Shown in pieces: positions 45,201-60,200 of a stretch of DNA of 64,000 bases. The stretch comes from Eledone cirrhosa (Eukaryota). The DNA lies in the NCBI GenBank assembly GCA_964016885.1, contig OZ024743.1:377270001-377334000 (forward strand). Reading direction: 5' to 3'. Position 1 is the first letter of the stretch. Each line of letters starts with the position of its first letter. Under the pieces are notes generated by a model. It was not told where the DNA came from. It made no database searches and saw only the letters and a program-made list of their open reading frames with translations. The translations under genes and the position numbers were made by a program.

Positions 45201-48200
45201 TTGTACTGTTGTGCTGTTGTGTTGTTGTGCTGTTGCACTGTTGTACTGTTGTACTGTTGTGCTGTTGTGTTGTTGTACTGTTGTACTGTTGTGCTGTTGT
45301 GTTGTTGTACTGTTGTACTGTTGTACTGGTGTGCTGTTGTGCTGTTGTGCTGTTGTACTGTTGTACTGTTGTACTGTTGTACTGTTGTGCTGTTGTGCTG
45401 TTGTACTGTTGTGCTGTTGTACTGTTGAGCTGTTGTACTGTTGTACTGTTGTACTGTTGTACTGTTGTGCTGTTGTACTGTTGTGCTGTTGTACTGTTGT
45501 GCTGTTGTACTGTTGTACTGTTGTGCTGTTGTGCTGTTGTACTGTTGTACTGTTATACTGTTGTGCTGTTGTACTGTTGTGCTGTTGTACTGTTGTGCTG
45601 TTGTGCTGTTGTACTGTTGTACTGTTGTGCTGTTGTACTGTTGTACTGTTGTGCTGTTGTGCTGTTGTACTGTTGTGCTGTTGTGCTATTGTGCTGTTGT
45701 GTTGTTGTGCTGTTGTGCTGTTGCACTGTTGTGCTGTTGTACTGTTGTGCTGTTGTACTGTTGTACTGTTGTGCTGTTGTACTGTTGTACTGTTGTACTG
45801 TTGTGCTGTTGTGTTGTTGTGTTGTTGTACTGTTGTACTGTTGTACTGTTGTACTGTTGTACTGTTGTACTGTTGTACTGTTGTGCTGTTGTGTTGTTGT
45901 GCTGTTGTACTGTTGTACTGTTGTGCTGTTGTACTGTTGTGCTGTTGTGTTGTTGTGCTGTTGTACTGTTGTACTGTTGTGCTGTTGTACTGTTGTACTG
46001 TTGTACTGTTGTGCTGTTGTGTTGTTGTACTGTTGTACTGTTGTACTGTTGTGCTGTTGTGCTGTTGTACTGTTGTGCTGTTGTACTGTTGTACTGTTGT
46101 GTTGTTGTGCTGTTGTACTGTTGTACTGTTGTGCTGTTGTACTGTTGTACTGTTGTACTGTTGTACTGTTGTGCTGTTGTGTTGTTGTGCTGTTGTACTG
46201 TTGTACTGTTGTGCTGTTGTACTGTTGTACTGTTGTACTGTTGTGCTGTTGTGTTGTTGTACTGTTGTACTGTTGTACTGTTGTGCTGTTGTGCTGTTGT
46301 ACTGTTGTGCTGTTGTGTTGTTGTACTGTTGTACTGTTGTACTGTTGTGCTGTTGTGCTGTTGTACTGTTGTACTGTTGTACTGTTTTGCTGTTGTGTTG
46401 TTGTACTGTTGTACTGTTGTGCTGTTGTGCTGTTGTACTGTTGTGCTGTTGTACTGTTGTACTGTTGTGCTGTTGTGTTGTTGTACTGTTGTACTGTTGT
46501 ACTGTTGTGCTGTTGTGCTGTTGTACTGTTGTACTGTTGTACTGTTGTGCTGTTGTACTGTTGTACTGTTGTACTGTCGTGCTGTTGTGTTGTTGTACTG
46601 TTGTACTGTTGTGCTGTTGTGTTGTTGTGCTGTTGTACTGTTGTACTGTTGTGCTGTTGTACTGTTGTACTGTTGTACTGTTGTGCTGTTGTGTTGTTGT
46701 ACTGTTGTACTGTTGTACTGTTGTGCTGTTGTGCTGTTGTACTGTTGTACTGTTGTACTGTTGTGCTGTTGTGTTGTTGTACTGTTGTACTGTTGTGCTG
46801 TTGTGTTGTTGTGCTGTTGTACTGTTGTACTGTTGTGCTGTTGTACTGTTGTACTGTTGTACTGTTGTGCTGTTGTGTTGTTGTACTGTTGTACTGTTGT
46901 ACTGTTGTGCTGTTGTGCTGTTGTACTGTTGTGCTGTTGTACTGTTGTACTGTTGTGCTGTTGCACTGTTGTGCTGTTGCACTGTTGTGCTGTTGTGCTG
47001 TTGTGCTGTTGTGTTGTTGTACTGTTGTACTGTTGTGCTGTTGTGCTGTTGTGCTGTTGTACTGTTGTGCTGTTGTACTGTTGTGCTGTTGTGCTGTTGT
47101 ACTGTTGTACTGTTGTGCTGTTGTACTGTTGTACTGTTGTGCTGTTGTGCTGTTGTGCTGTTGTACTTTTGTACTGTTGTGCTGTTGTACTGTTGTACTG
47201 TTGTACTGTTGTACTGTTGTGCTGTTGTGCTGTTGTGCTGTTGTACTTTTGTACTGTTGTGCTGTTGTGCTGTTGTACTGTTGTACTGTTGTGCTGTTGT
47301 ACTGTTGTACTGTTGTGCTGTTGTGCTGTTGTGCTGTTGTACTTTTGTACTGTTGTGCTGTTGTACTGTTGTACTGTTGTGCTGTTGTGCTGTTGTGCTG
47401 TTGTACTTTTGTACTGTTGTGCTGTTGTGCTGTTGTACTGTTGTACTGTTGTGCTGTTGTACTGTTGTACTGTTGTGCTGTTGTGCTGTTGTGCTGTTGT
47501 ACTTTTGTACTGTTGTGCTGTTGTACTGTTGTACTGTTGTACTGTTGTGCTGTTGTACTGTTGTACTGTTGTGCTGTTGTACTGTTGTACTGTTGTACTG
47601 TTGTGCTGTTGTGTTGTTGTGCTGTTGCACTGTTGTACTGTTGTGCTGTTGTACTGTTGTACTGTTGTGCTGTTGTGCTGTTGTACTGTTTTACTGTTGT
47701 GCTGTTGTACTGTTGTACTGTTGTACTGTTGTACTGTTGTACTGTTGTACTGTTGTGCTGTTGTTCTGTTGTACTGTTGTACTGTTGTGCTGTTGTACTG
47801 TTGTACTGTTGTGCTGTTGTACTGTTGTACTGTTGTACTGTTGTACTGTTGTGCTGTTGTGCTGTTGTACTGTTGTACTGTTGTACTGTTGTACTGTTGT
47901 ACTGTTGTGCTGTTGTGCTGTTGTGCTGTTGTACTGTTGTACTGTTGTACTGTTGTGCTGTTGTACTGTTGTACTGTTGTACTGTTGTGCTGTTGTGTTG
48001 TTGTGCTGTTGCACTGTTGTACTGTTGTGCTGTTGTACTGTTGTACTGTTGTGCTGTTGTGCTGTTGTACTGTTGTACTGTTGTGCTGTTGTACTGTTGT
48101 ACTGTTGTACTGTTGTACTGTTGTACTGTTGTGCTGTTGTACTGTTGTACTGTTGTGCTGTTGTACTGTTGTACTGTTGTGCTGTTGTGTTGTTGTGCTG

Positions 48201-51200
48201 TTGTACTGTTGTACTGTTGTGCTGTTGTACTGTTGTACTGTTGTGCTGTTGTACTGTTGTACTGTTGTGCTGTTGTACTGTTGTACTGTTGTGCTGTTGT
48301 ACTGTTGTACTGTTGTGCTGTTGTGCTGTTGTGCTGTTGTACTGTTGTAATGTTGTACTGTTGTGCTGTTGTGCTGTTGTACTGTTGTACTGTTGTGCTG
48401 TTGTGCTGTTGTGCTGTTGTACTGTTGTACTGTTGTACTGTTGTACTGTTGTACTGTTGTGCTGTTGTACTGTTGTACTGTTGTGCTGTTGTGCTGTTGT
48501 ACTGTTGTACTGTTGTACTGTTGTACTGTTGTACTGTTGTGCTGTTGTGCTGTTGTACTGTTGTACTGTTGTGCTGTTGTACTGTTGTACTGTTGTGCTG
48601 TTGTGCTGTTGTACTGTTGTACTGTTGTACTGTTGTACTGTTGTACTGTTGTGCTGTTGTACTGTTGTACTGTTGTACTGTTGTGCTGTTGCGCTGTTGT
48701 ACTGTTGTACTGTTGTACTGTTGTACTGTTGTACTGTTGTGCTGTTGTACTGTTGTACTGTTGTGCTGTTGTGCTGTTGTACTGTTGTACTGTTGTGCTG
48801 TTGTACTGTTGTACTGTTGTACTGTTGTACTGTTGTGCTGTTGTGCTGTTGTACTGTTGTACTGTTGTACTGTTTTGCTGTTGTGTTGTTGTACTGTTGT
48901 ACTGTTGTGCTGTTGTGCTGTTGTAATGTTGTGCTGTTGTACTGTTGTACTGTTGTGCTGTTGTGTTGTTGTACTGTTGTACTGTTGTACTGTTGTGCTG
49001 TTGTGCTGTTGTACTGTTGTACTGTTGTACTGTTGTGCTGTTGTACTGTTGTACTGTTGTACTGTCGTGCTGTTGTGTTGTTGTACTGTTGTACTGTTGT
49101 GCTGTTGTGTTGTTGTACTGTTGTACTGTTGTACTGTTGTGCTGTTGTACTGTTGTACTGTTGTACTGTTGTGCTGTTGTGTTGTTGTACTGTTGTACTG
49201 TTGTACTGTTGTGCTGTTGTGCTGTTGTACTGTTGTACTGTTGTACTGTTGTGCTGTTGTGTTGTTGTACTGTTGTACTGTTGTGCTGTTGTGTTGTTGT
49301 GCTGTTGTACTGTTGTACTGTTGTGCTGTTGTACTGTTGTACTGTTGTACTGTTGTGCTGTTGTGTTGTTGTACTGTTGTACTGTTGTACTGTTGTGCTG
49401 TTGTGCTGTTGTACTGTTGTGCTGTTGTACTGTTGTACTGTTGTGCTGTTGCACTGTTGTGCTGTTGCACTGTTGTGCTGTTGTGCTGTTGTGCTGTTGT
49501 GTTGTTGTACTGTTGTACTGTTGTGCTGTTGTGCTGTTGTGCTGTTGTACTGTTGTGCTGTTGTACTGTTGTGCTGTTGTGCTGTTGTACTGTTGTACTG
49601 TTGTGCTGTTGTACTGTTGTACTGTTGTGCTGTTGTGCTGTTGTGCTGTTGTACTTTTGTACTGTTGTACTGTTGTGCTGTTGTACTGTTGTACTGTTGT
49701 ACTGTTGTGCTGTTGTGTTGTTGTGCTGTTGCACTGTTGTACTGTTGTGCTGTTGTACTGTTGTACTGTTGTGCTGTTGTGCTGTTGTACTGTTGTACTG
49801 TTGTGCTGTTGTACTGTTGTACTGTTGTACTGTTGTACTGTTGTACTGTTGTACTGTTGTGCTGTTGTTCTGTTGTACTGTTGTACTGTTGTGCTGTTGT
49901 ACTGTTGTACTGTTGTGCTGTTGTACTGTTGTACTGTTGTACTGTTGTACTGTTGTGCTGTTGTGCTGTTGTACTGTTGTACTGTTGTACTGTTGTACTG
50001 TTGTACTGTTGTGCTGTTGTGCTGTTGTGCTGTTGTACTGTTGTACTGTTGTACTGTTGTGCTGTTGTACTGTTGTACTGTTGTACTGTTGTGCTGTTGT
50101 GTTGTTGTGCTGTTGTACTGTTGTACTGTTGTGCTGTTGTACTGTTGTACTGTTGTACTGTTGTACTGTTGTGCTGTTGTACTGTTGTACTGTTGTACTG
50201 TTGTGCTGTTGTACTGTTGTACTGTTGTACTGTTGTGCTGTTGTGCTGTTGTGTTGTTGTGTTGTTGTGCTGTTGCACTGTTGTACTGTTGTACTGTTGT
50301 GCTGTTGTACTGTTGAGCTGTTGTACTGTTGTACTGTTGTGCTGTTGTGCTGTTGTGTTGTTGTGTTGTTGTGCTGTTGTGCTGTTGTACTGTTGTGCTG
50401 TTGTACTGTTGTACTGTTGTACTGTTGTGCTGTTGTACTGTTGTACTGTTGTACTGTTGTGCTGTTGTACTGTTGTGTTGTTGTGTTGTTGTGTTGTTGT
50501 GCTGTTGTACTGTTGTACTGTTGTGCTGTTGCACTGTTGTACTGTTGTACTGTTGTACTGTTGTGCTGTTGTACTGTTGTACTGTTGTACTGTTGTGCTG
50601 TTGTACTGTTGTACTGTTGTACTGTTGTGCTGTTGTGCTGTTGTGTTGTTGTGTTGTTGTGCTGTTGCACTGTTGTACTGTTGTACTGTTGTGCTGTTGT
50701 ACTGTTGTACTGTTGTACTGTTGCACTGTTGTGCTGTTGTGTTGTTGTGCTGTTGCACTGTTGTACTGTTGTACTGTTGTGCTGTTGTACTGTTGTGCTG
50801 TTGTACTGTTGTACTGTTGTACTGTTGTGCTGTTGTGCTGTTGTGCTGTTGTACTGTTGTGCTGTTGTACTGTTGTACTGTTGTACTGTTGTACTGTTGT
50901 GCTGTTGTACTGTTGTGCTGTTGTACTGTTGTACTGTTGTACTGTTGTGCTGTTGTGCTGTTGTGCTGTTGTACTGTTGTACTGTTGTACTGTTGTACTG
51001 TTGTACTGTTGTACTGTTGTACTGTTGTGCTGTTGTGCTGTTGTACTGTTGTACTGTTGTACTGTTGTGCTGTTGTACTGTTGTGCTGTTGTACTGTTGT
51101 ACTGTTGTACTGTTGTGCTGTTGTACTGTTGTACTGTTGTACTGTTGTACTGTTGTGCTGTTGTACTGTTGTGCTGTTGTACTGTTGTACTGTTGTACTG

Positions 51201-54200
51201 TTGTGCTGTTGTGCTGTTGTGCTGTTGTACTGTTGTACTGTTGTACTGTTGTACTGTTGTACTGTTGTACTGTTGTACTGTTGTACTGTTGTGCTGTTGT
51301 GCTGTTGTGCTGTTGTACTGTTGTACTGTTGTACTGTTGTACTGTTGTACTGTTGTGTTGTTGTACTGTTGTGCTGTTGTACTGTTGTGCTGTTGTGCTG
51401 TTGTACTGTTGTACTGTTGTGCTGTTGTGCTGTTGTACTGTTGTACTGTTGTGCTGTTGTACTGTTGTGCTGTTGTGCTGTTGTACTGTTGTGCTGTTGT
51501 GTTGTTGTGCTGTTGCACTGTTGTACTGTTGTGCTGTTGTACTGTTGTACTGTTGTGCTGTTGTGCTGTTGTACTGTTGTACTGTTGTACTGTTGTGCTG
51601 TTGTACTGTTGAGCTGTTGTACTGTTGTACTGTTGTACTGTTGTACTGTTGTACTGTTGTACTGTTGTGCTGTTGTGCTGTTGTACTGTTGTACTGTTGT
51701 GCTGTTGTGCTGTTGTGCTGTTGTACTGTTGTGCTGTTGTACTGTTGTACTGTTGTACTGTTGTACTGTTGTACTGTTGTACTGTTGTGCTGTTGTGCTG
51801 TTGTGCTGTTGTACTGTTGTACTGTTGTACTGTTGTGCTGTTGTGCTGTTGTGCTGTTGTACTGTTGTGCTGTTGTACTGTTGTACTGTTGTACTGTTGT
51901 ACTGTTGTACTGTTGTACTGTTGTGCTGTTGTGCTGTTGTGCTGTTGTACTGTTGTACTGTTGTACTGTTGTACTGTTGTACTGTTGTGTTGTTGTACTG
52001 TTGTGCTGTTGTACTGTTGTGCTGTTGTGCTGTTGTACTGTTGTACTGTTGTGCTGTTGTGCTGTTGTACTGTTGTACTGTTGTGCTGTTGTACTGTTGT
52101 GCTGTTGTGCTGTTGTACTGTTGTGCTGTTGTGTTGTTGTGCTGTTGCACTTTTGTACTGTTGTGCTGTTGTACTGTTGTACTGTTGTGCTGTTGTGCTG
52201 TTGTACTGTTGTACTGTTGTACTGTTGTGCTGTTGTACTGTTGAGCTGTTGTACTGTTGTACTGTTGTACTGTTGTACTGTTGTACTGTTGTACTGTTGT
52301 GCTGTTGTGCTGTTGTACTGTTGTACTGTTGTACTGTTGTGTTGTTGTACTGTTGTGTTGTTGTGCTGTTGTACTGTTGTACTGTTGTGCTGTTGTACTG
52401 TTGAGCTGTTGTACTGTTGTACTGTTGTACTGTTGTACTGTTGTACTGTTGTACTGTTGTACTGTTGTGCTGTTGTGCTGTTGTACTGTTGTACTGTTGT
52501 ACTGTTGTGTTGTTGTACTGTTGTGTTGTTGTGCTGTTGTACTGTTGTACTGTTGTACTGTTGTACTGTTGTGCTGTTGTACTGTTGTACTGTTGTACTG
52601 TTGTGCTGTTGTACTGTTGAGCTGTTGTACTGTTGTACTGTTGTACTGTTGTACTGTTGTACTGTTGTACTGTTGTACTGTTGTGCTGTTGTGCTGTTGT
52701 ACTGTTGTACTGTTGTACTGTTGTGTTGTTGTACTGTTGTGTTGTTGTGCTGTTGTACTGTTGTACTGTTGTACTGTTGTACTGTTGTGCTGTTGTACTG
52801 TTGTACTGTTGTGCTGTTGTACTGTTGAGCTGTTGTACTGTTGTACTGTTGTACTGTTGTACTGTTGTGTTGTTGTACTGTTGTGTTGTTGTGCTGTTGT
52901 ACTGTTGTACTGTTGTACTGTTGTGCTGTTGTACTGTTGAGCTGTTGTACTGTTGTACTGTTGTACTGTTGTACTGTTGTACTGTTGTGCTGTTGTACTG
53001 TTGTGCTGTTGTACTGTTGTGCTGTTGTGTTGTTGTACTGTTGTACTGTTGTACTGTTGTACTGTTGTACTGTTGTACTGTTGTACTGTTGTACTGTTGT
53101 GCTGTTGTGCTGTTGTACTGTTGTACTGTTGTGCTGTTGTGCTGTTGTACTGTTGTACTGTTGTGCTGTTGTGTTGTTGTACTGTTGTGCTGTTGTACTG
53201 TTGTGCTGTTGTACTGTTGTACTGTTGTGCTGTTGTGCTGTTGTACTGTTGTACTGTTGTGCTGTTGTACTGTTGTACTGTTGTACTGTTGTGCTGTTGT
53301 GCTGTTGTGTTGTTGTGCTGTTGTACTGTTGCACTGTTGTGCTGTTGCACTGTTGTGCTGTTGTGTTGTTGTGCTGTTGCACTGTTGTACTGTTGTACTG
53401 TTGTGCTGTTGTACTGTTGTACTGTTGTGCTGTTGTGCTGTTGTACTGTTGTACTGTTGTGCTGTTGTGCTGTTGTACTGTTGTACTGTTGTACTGTTGT
53501 ACTGTTGTGCTGTTGTACTGTTGTACTGTTGTACTGTTGTACTGTTGTACTGTTGTACTGTTGTGTTGTTGTACTGTTGTACTGTTGTACTGTTGTACTG
53601 TTGTACTGTTGTACTGTTGTACTGTTGTACTGTTGTGTTGTTGTGCTGTTGTACTGTTGTACTGTTGTACTGTTGTACTGTTGTACTGTTGTACTGTTGT
53701 GCTGTTGTACTGTTGTACTGTTGTGCTGTTGTGCTGTTGTACTGTTGTACTGTTGTACTGTTGTACTGTTGTACTGTTGTACTGTTGTGTTGTTGTACTG
53801 TTGTACTGTTGTGCTGTTGTACTGTTGTACTGTTGTACTGTTGTACTGTTGTACTGTTGTGTTGTTGTGCTGTTGTGCTGTTGCACTGTTGTACTGTTGT
53901 GTTGTTGTGCTGTTGTGCTGTTGCACTGTTGTACTGTTGTGTTGTTGTGCTGTTGTGCTGTTGCACTGTTGTACTGTTGTACTGTTGTACTGTTGTACTG
54001 TTGTACTGTTGTGTTGTTGTGCTGTTGTGCTGTTGCACTGTTGTACTGTTGTACTGTTGTGCTGTTGTGTTGTTGTACTGTTGTACTGTTGTACTGTTGT
54101 GTTGTTGTGCTGTTGTGCTGTTGTACTGTTGTACTGTTGTACTGTTGTGTTGTTGTGCTGTTGTGCTGTTGCACTGTTGTACTGTTGTACTGTTGTGCTG

Positions 54201-57200
54201 TTGTGTTGTTGTGTTGTTGTGCTGTTGTGCTGTTGCACTGTTGTACTGTTGTACTGTTGTGCTGTTGTGCTGTTGTGCTGTTGCACTGTTGTACTGTTGT
54301 ACTGTTGTACTGTTGTACTGTTGTGCTGTTGTACTGTTGTGTTGTTGTACTGTTGTACTGTTGTACTGTTGTGCTGTTGTGTTGTTGTACTGTTGTACTG
54401 TTGTACTGTTGTGCTGTTGTGCTGTTGTACTGTTGTACTGTTGTACTGTTGTACTGTTGTGTTGTTGTGCTGTTGTGCTGTTGCACTGTTGTACTGTTGT
54501 ACTGTTGTGCTGTTGTGTTGTTGTGTTGTTGTACTGTTGTACTGTTGTACTGTTGTACTGTTGTGTTGTTGTGCTGTTGTACTGTTGTACTGTTGTACTG
54601 TTGTACTGTTGTGCTGTTGTACTGTTGTACTGTTGTACTGTTGTGCTGTTGTGTTGTTGTGTTGTTGTACTGTTGTACTGTTGTACTGTTGTACTGTTGT
54701 GTTGTTGTGCTGTTGTACTGTTGTACTGTTGTACTGTTGTACTGTTGTGCTGTTGTACTGTTGTACTGTTGTACTGTTGTGTTGTTGTGTTGTTGTACTG
54801 TTGTACTGTTGTACTGTTGTACTGTTGTGTTGTTGTGCTGTTGTGCTGTTGTACTGTTGTGTTGTTGTGTTGTTGTACTGTTGTACTGTTGTACTGTTGT
54901 ACTGTTGTGTTGTTGTACTGTTGTACTGTTGTACTGTTGTGTTGTTGTGTTGTTGTACTGTTGTACTGTTGTACTGTTGTACTGTTGTGTTGTTGTGCTG
55001 TTGTGCTGTTGTACTGTTGTACTGTTGTACTGTTGTGCTGTTGTACTGTTGTACTGTTGTACTGTTGTGTTGTTGTGTTGTTGTACTGTTGTACTGTTGT
55101 ACTGTTGTACTGTTGTGTTGTTGTGCTGTTGTGCTGTTGTACTGTTGTGTTGTTGTGCTGTTGTACTGTTGTGCTGTTGTGCTGTTGCACTGTTGTACTG
55201 TTGTGTTGTTGTGCTGTTGTGCTGTTGCACTGTTGTACTGTTGTGTTGTTGTGCTGTTGTGCTGTTGCACTGTTGTACTGTTGTACTGTTGTGTTGTTGT
55301 ACTGTTGTACTGTTGTACTGTTGTACTGTTGTGCTGTTGTGCTGTTGTACTGTTGTACTGTTGTACTGTTGTACTGTTGTGTTGTTGTGCTGTTGTGCTG
55401 TTGCACTGTTGTACTGTTGTACTGTTGTGCTGTTGTGTTGTTGTACTGTTGTACTGTTGTACTGTTGTGTTGTTGTGCTGTTGTGCTGTTGTACTGTTGT
55501 ACTGTTGTACTGTTGTGTTGTTGTGCTGTTGTGCTGTTGTGTTGTTGTGCTGTTGTACTGTTGTACTGTTGTACTGTTGTACTGTTGTACTGTTGTGCTG
55601 TTGTGTTGTTGTGCTGTTGTGCTGTTGTGCTGTTGTGCTGTTGTACTGTTGTGTTGTTGTGCTGTTGTGCTGTTGTGCTGTTGTGCTGTTGTACTGTTGT
55701 ACTGTTGTACTGTTGTACTGTTGTGTTGTTGTGCTGTTGTGCTGTTGTACTGTTGTACTGTTGTACTGTTGTGTTGTTGTGCTGTTGTGCTGTTGTACTG
55801 TTGTACTGTTGTACTGTTGTACTGTTGTACTGTTGTACTGTTGTACTGTTGTGCTGTTGTGCTGTTGTACTGTTGTACTGTTGTACTGTTGTACTGTTGT
55901 GTTGTTGTGCTGTTGTGCTGTTGTGCTGTTGTGCTGTTGTACTGTTGTACTGTTGTACTGTTGTACTGTTGTACTGTTGTGCTGTTGTGCTGTTGTACTG
56001 TTGTACTGTTGTACTGTTGTGTTGTTGTGCTGTTGTGCTGTTGTACTGTTGTGTTGTTGTGCTGTTGTGCTGTTGTACTGTTGTACTGTTGTGTTGTTGT
56101 GCTGTTGTGCTGTTGTACTGTTGTACTGTTGTGTTGTTGTGCTGTTGTGCTGTTGTACTGTTGTACTGTTGTGTTGTTGTGTTGTTGTACTGTTGTACTG
56201 TTGTACTGTTGTACTGTTGTGTTGTTGTGCTGTTGTGCTGTTGTACTGTTGTACTGTTGTACTGTTGTACTGTTGTACTGTTGTACTGTTGTGTTGTTGT
56301 GCTGTTGTACTGTTGTACTGTTGTACTGTTGTACTGTTGTGTTGTTGTGCTGTTGTGCTGTTGCACTGTTGTACTGTTGTACTGTTGTGCTGTTGTGTTG
56401 TTGTACTGTTGTACTGTTGTACTGTTGTGTTGTTGTGCTGTTGTGCTGTTGTACTGTTGTACTGTTGTACTGTTGTGCTGTTGTGTTGTTGTACTGTTGT
56501 ACTGTTGTACTGTTGTGTTGTTGTGCTGTTGTGCTGTTGTGCTGTTGTACTGTTGTGCTGTTGTACTGTTGTACTGTTGTGTTGTTGTGTTGTTGCACTG
56601 TTGTACTGTTGTACTGTTGTGCTGTTGTGCTGTTGTACTGTTGTACTGTTGTGCTGTTGTGTTGTTGTACTGTTGTACTGTTGTACTGTTGTGTTGTTGT
56701 GCTGTTGTGCTGTTGTGCTGTTGTACTGTTGTGCTGTTGTACTGTTGTACTGTTGTGTTGTTGTGTTGTTGCACTGTTGTACTGTTGTACTGTTGTGCTG
56801 TTGTGTTGTTGTACTGTTGTACTGTTGTACTGTTGTGTTGTTGTGCTGTTGTGCTGTTGTACTGTTGTACTGTTGTGTTGTTGTGCTGTTGTGCTGTTGT
56901 ACTGTTGTACTGTTGTGTTGTTGTGCTGTTGTGCTGTTGTACTGTTGTACTGTTGTGTTGTTGTGTTGTTGTACTGTTGTACTGTTGTACTGTTGTACTG
57001 TTGTGTTGTTGTGCTGTTGTGCTGTTGCACTGTTGTACTGTTGTGTTGTTGTGCTGTTGTGCTGTTGTACTGTTGTACTGTTGTGTTGTTGTGCTGTTGT
57101 GCTGTTGTACTGTTGTACTGTTGTGTTGTTGTGCTGTTGTGCTGTTGTACTGTTGTACTGTTGTACTGTTGTGTTGTTGTGCTGTTGTGCTGTTGTACTG

Positions 57201-60200
57201 TTGTGCTGTTGTGCTGTTGTGTTGTTGTACTGTTGTACTGTTGTGTTGTTGTGCTGTTGTGCTGTTGCACTGTTGTACTGTTGTGTTGTTGTGCTGTTGT
57301 GCTGTTGTACTGTTGTGCTGTTGTGCTGTTGCACTGTTGTACTGTTGTGTTGTTGTGCTGTTGTGCTGTTGTACTGTTGTACTGTTGTGTTGTTGTGCTG
57401 TTGTGCTGTTGCACTGTTGTACTGTTGTGTTGTTGTGCTGTTGTGCTGTTGTACTGTTGTACTGTTGTGTTGTTGTGCTGTTGTGCTGTTGTACTGTTGT
57501 ACTGTTGTGTTGTTGTGCTGTTGTGCTGTTGTACTGTTGTACTGTTGTGTTGTTGTGCTGTTGTGCTGTTGTACTGTTGTACTGTTGTACTGTTGTGTTG
57601 TTGTGCTGTTGTGCTGTTGTACTGTTGTACTGTTGTGCTGTTGTGCTGTTGCACTGTTGTACTGTTGTACTGTTGTACTGTTGTACTGTTGTGCTGTTGT
57701 GTTGTTGTACTGTTGTACTGTTGTGTTGTTGTGCTGTTGTGTTGTTGTACTGTTGTACTGTTGTACTGTTGTACTGTTGTGTTGTTGTGCTGTTGTGTTG
57801 TTGTACTGTTGTACTGTTGTACTGTTGTACTGTTGTGTTGTTGTGCTGTTGTGCTGTTGTACTGTTGTACTGTTGTGTTGTTGTGCTGTTGTGCTGTTGT
57901 ACTGTTGTACTGTTGTGTTGTTGTGCTGTTGTGCTGTTGTACTGTTGTACTGTTGTGTTGTTGTGCTGTTGTGCTGTTGTACTGTTGTACTGTTGTACTG
58001 TTGTGTTGTTGTGCTGTTGTGCTGTTGTACTGTTGTACTGTTGTGTTGTTGTGCTGTTGTGCTGTTGTACTGTTGTACTGTTGTACTGTTGTGTTGTTGT
58101 GCTGTTGTGCTGTTGTGCTGTTGTACTGTTGTGCTGTTGTACTGTTGTGCTGTTGTGTTGTTGTACTGTTGTACTGTTGTGTTGTTGTGCTGTTGTGTTG
58201 TTGTACTGTTGTACTGTTGTACTGTTGTACTGTTGTGCTGTTGTGCTGTTGTGCTGTTGTACTGTTGTACTGTTGTACTGTTGTGCTGTTGTACTGTTGT
58301 ACTGTTGTGCTGTTGTGCTGTTGTACTGTTGTGCTGTTGTGCTGTTGTGCTGTTGTACTGTTGTGCTGTTGTGCTGTTGTACTGTTGTACTGTTGTACTG
58401 TTGTGCTGTTGTGCTGTTGTACTGTTGTGCTGTTGTACTGTTGTACTGTTGTACTGTTGTACTGTTGTGCTGTTGTACTGTTGTACTGTTGTACTGTTGT
58501 GCTGTTGTACTGTTGTACTGTTGTACTGTTGTGCTGTTGTACTGTTGTACTGTTGTACTGTTGTGTTGTTGTGCTGTTGTGCTGTTGCACTGTTGTACTG
58601 TTGTACTGTTGTGCTGTTGTGCTGTTGTGCTGTTGTACTGTTGTGCTGTTGTACTGTTGTGCTGTTGTGCTGTTGTACTGTTGTACTGTTGTGCTGTTGT
58701 ACTGTTGTGCTGTTGTGCTGTTGTGCTGTTGTACTGTTGTGCTGTTGTGCTGTTGTGCTGTTGTACTGTTGTACTGTTGTGCTGTTGTGCTGTTGTACTG
58801 TTGTACTGTTGTACTGTTGTGCTGTTGTACTGTTGTACTGTTGTGCTGTTGTGCTGTTGTACTGTTGTGCTGTTGTGCTGTTGTACTGTTGTACTGTTGT
58901 ACTGTTGTACTGTTGTACTGTTGTACTGTTGTACTGTTGTGCTGTTGTACTGTTGTACTGTTGTGCTGTTGTACTGTTGTGCTGTTGTGCTGTTGTACTG
59001 TTGTGCTGTTGTACTGTTGTACTGTTGTGCTGTTGTACTGTTGTGCTGTTGTGCTGTTGTGCTGTTGTACTGTTGTGCTGTTGTACTGTTGTACTGTTGT
59101 ACTGTTGTACTGTTGTGCTGTTGTACTGTTGTACTGTTGTACTGTTGTGCTGTTGTACTGTTGTGCTGTTGTACTGTTGTACTGTTGTACTGTTGTACTG
59201 TTGTGCTGTTGTACTGTTGTGCTGTTGTGCTGTTGTGCTGTTGTACTGTTGTACTGTTGTACTGTTGTACTGTTGTGCTGTTGTGCTGTTGTACTGTTGT
59301 GCTGTTGTACTGTTGTGCTGTTGTGCTGTTGTACTGTTGTACTGTTGTGCTGTTGTACTGTTGTGCTGTTGTGCTGTTGTGCTGTTGTACTGTTGTGCTG
59401 TTGTGCTGTTGTACTGTTGTACTGTTGTACTGTTGTACTGTTGTACTGTTGTACTGTTGTACTGTTGTACTGTTGTACTGTTGTACTGTTGTGTTGTTGT
59501 ACTGTTGTGCTGTTGTACTGTTGTGCTGTTGTGCTGTTGTACTGTTGTACTGTTGTGCTGTTGTGCTGTTGTACTGTTGTACTGTTGTGCTGTTGTACTG
59601 TTGTGCTGTTGTGCTGTTGTACTGTTGTACTGTTGTACTGTTGTGCTGTTGTACTGTTGTACTGTTGTACTGTTGTGTTGTTGTGCTGTTGTGCTGTTGC
59701 ACTGTTGTACTGTTGTACTGTTGTGTTGTTGTGCTGTTGTGCTGTTGCACTGTTGTACTGTTGTACTGTTGTGCTGTTGTACTGTTGTACTGTTGTACTG
59801 TTGTGTTGTTGTACTGTTGTGCTGTTGTACTGTTGTGCTGTTGTGCTGTTGTGCTGTTGTGCTGTTGTACTGTTGTGCTGTTGTGCTGTTGTACTGTTGT
59901 ACTGTTGTACTGTTGTACTGTTGTACTGTTGTACTGTTGTACTGTTGTGCTGTTGTACTGTTGTACTGTTGTACTGTTGTGTTGTTGTACTGTTGTGCTG
60001 TTGTACTGTTGTGCTGTTGTGCTGTTGTGCTGTTGTGCTGTTGTACTGTTGTGCTGTTGTGCTGTTGTACTGTTGTACTGTTGTACTGTTGTACTGTTGT
60101 ACTGTTGTACTGTTGTACTGTTGTGTTGTTGTACTGTTGTGCTGTTGTACTGTTGTGCTGTTGTGCTGTTGTGCTGTTGTACTGTTGTGCTGTTGTGCTG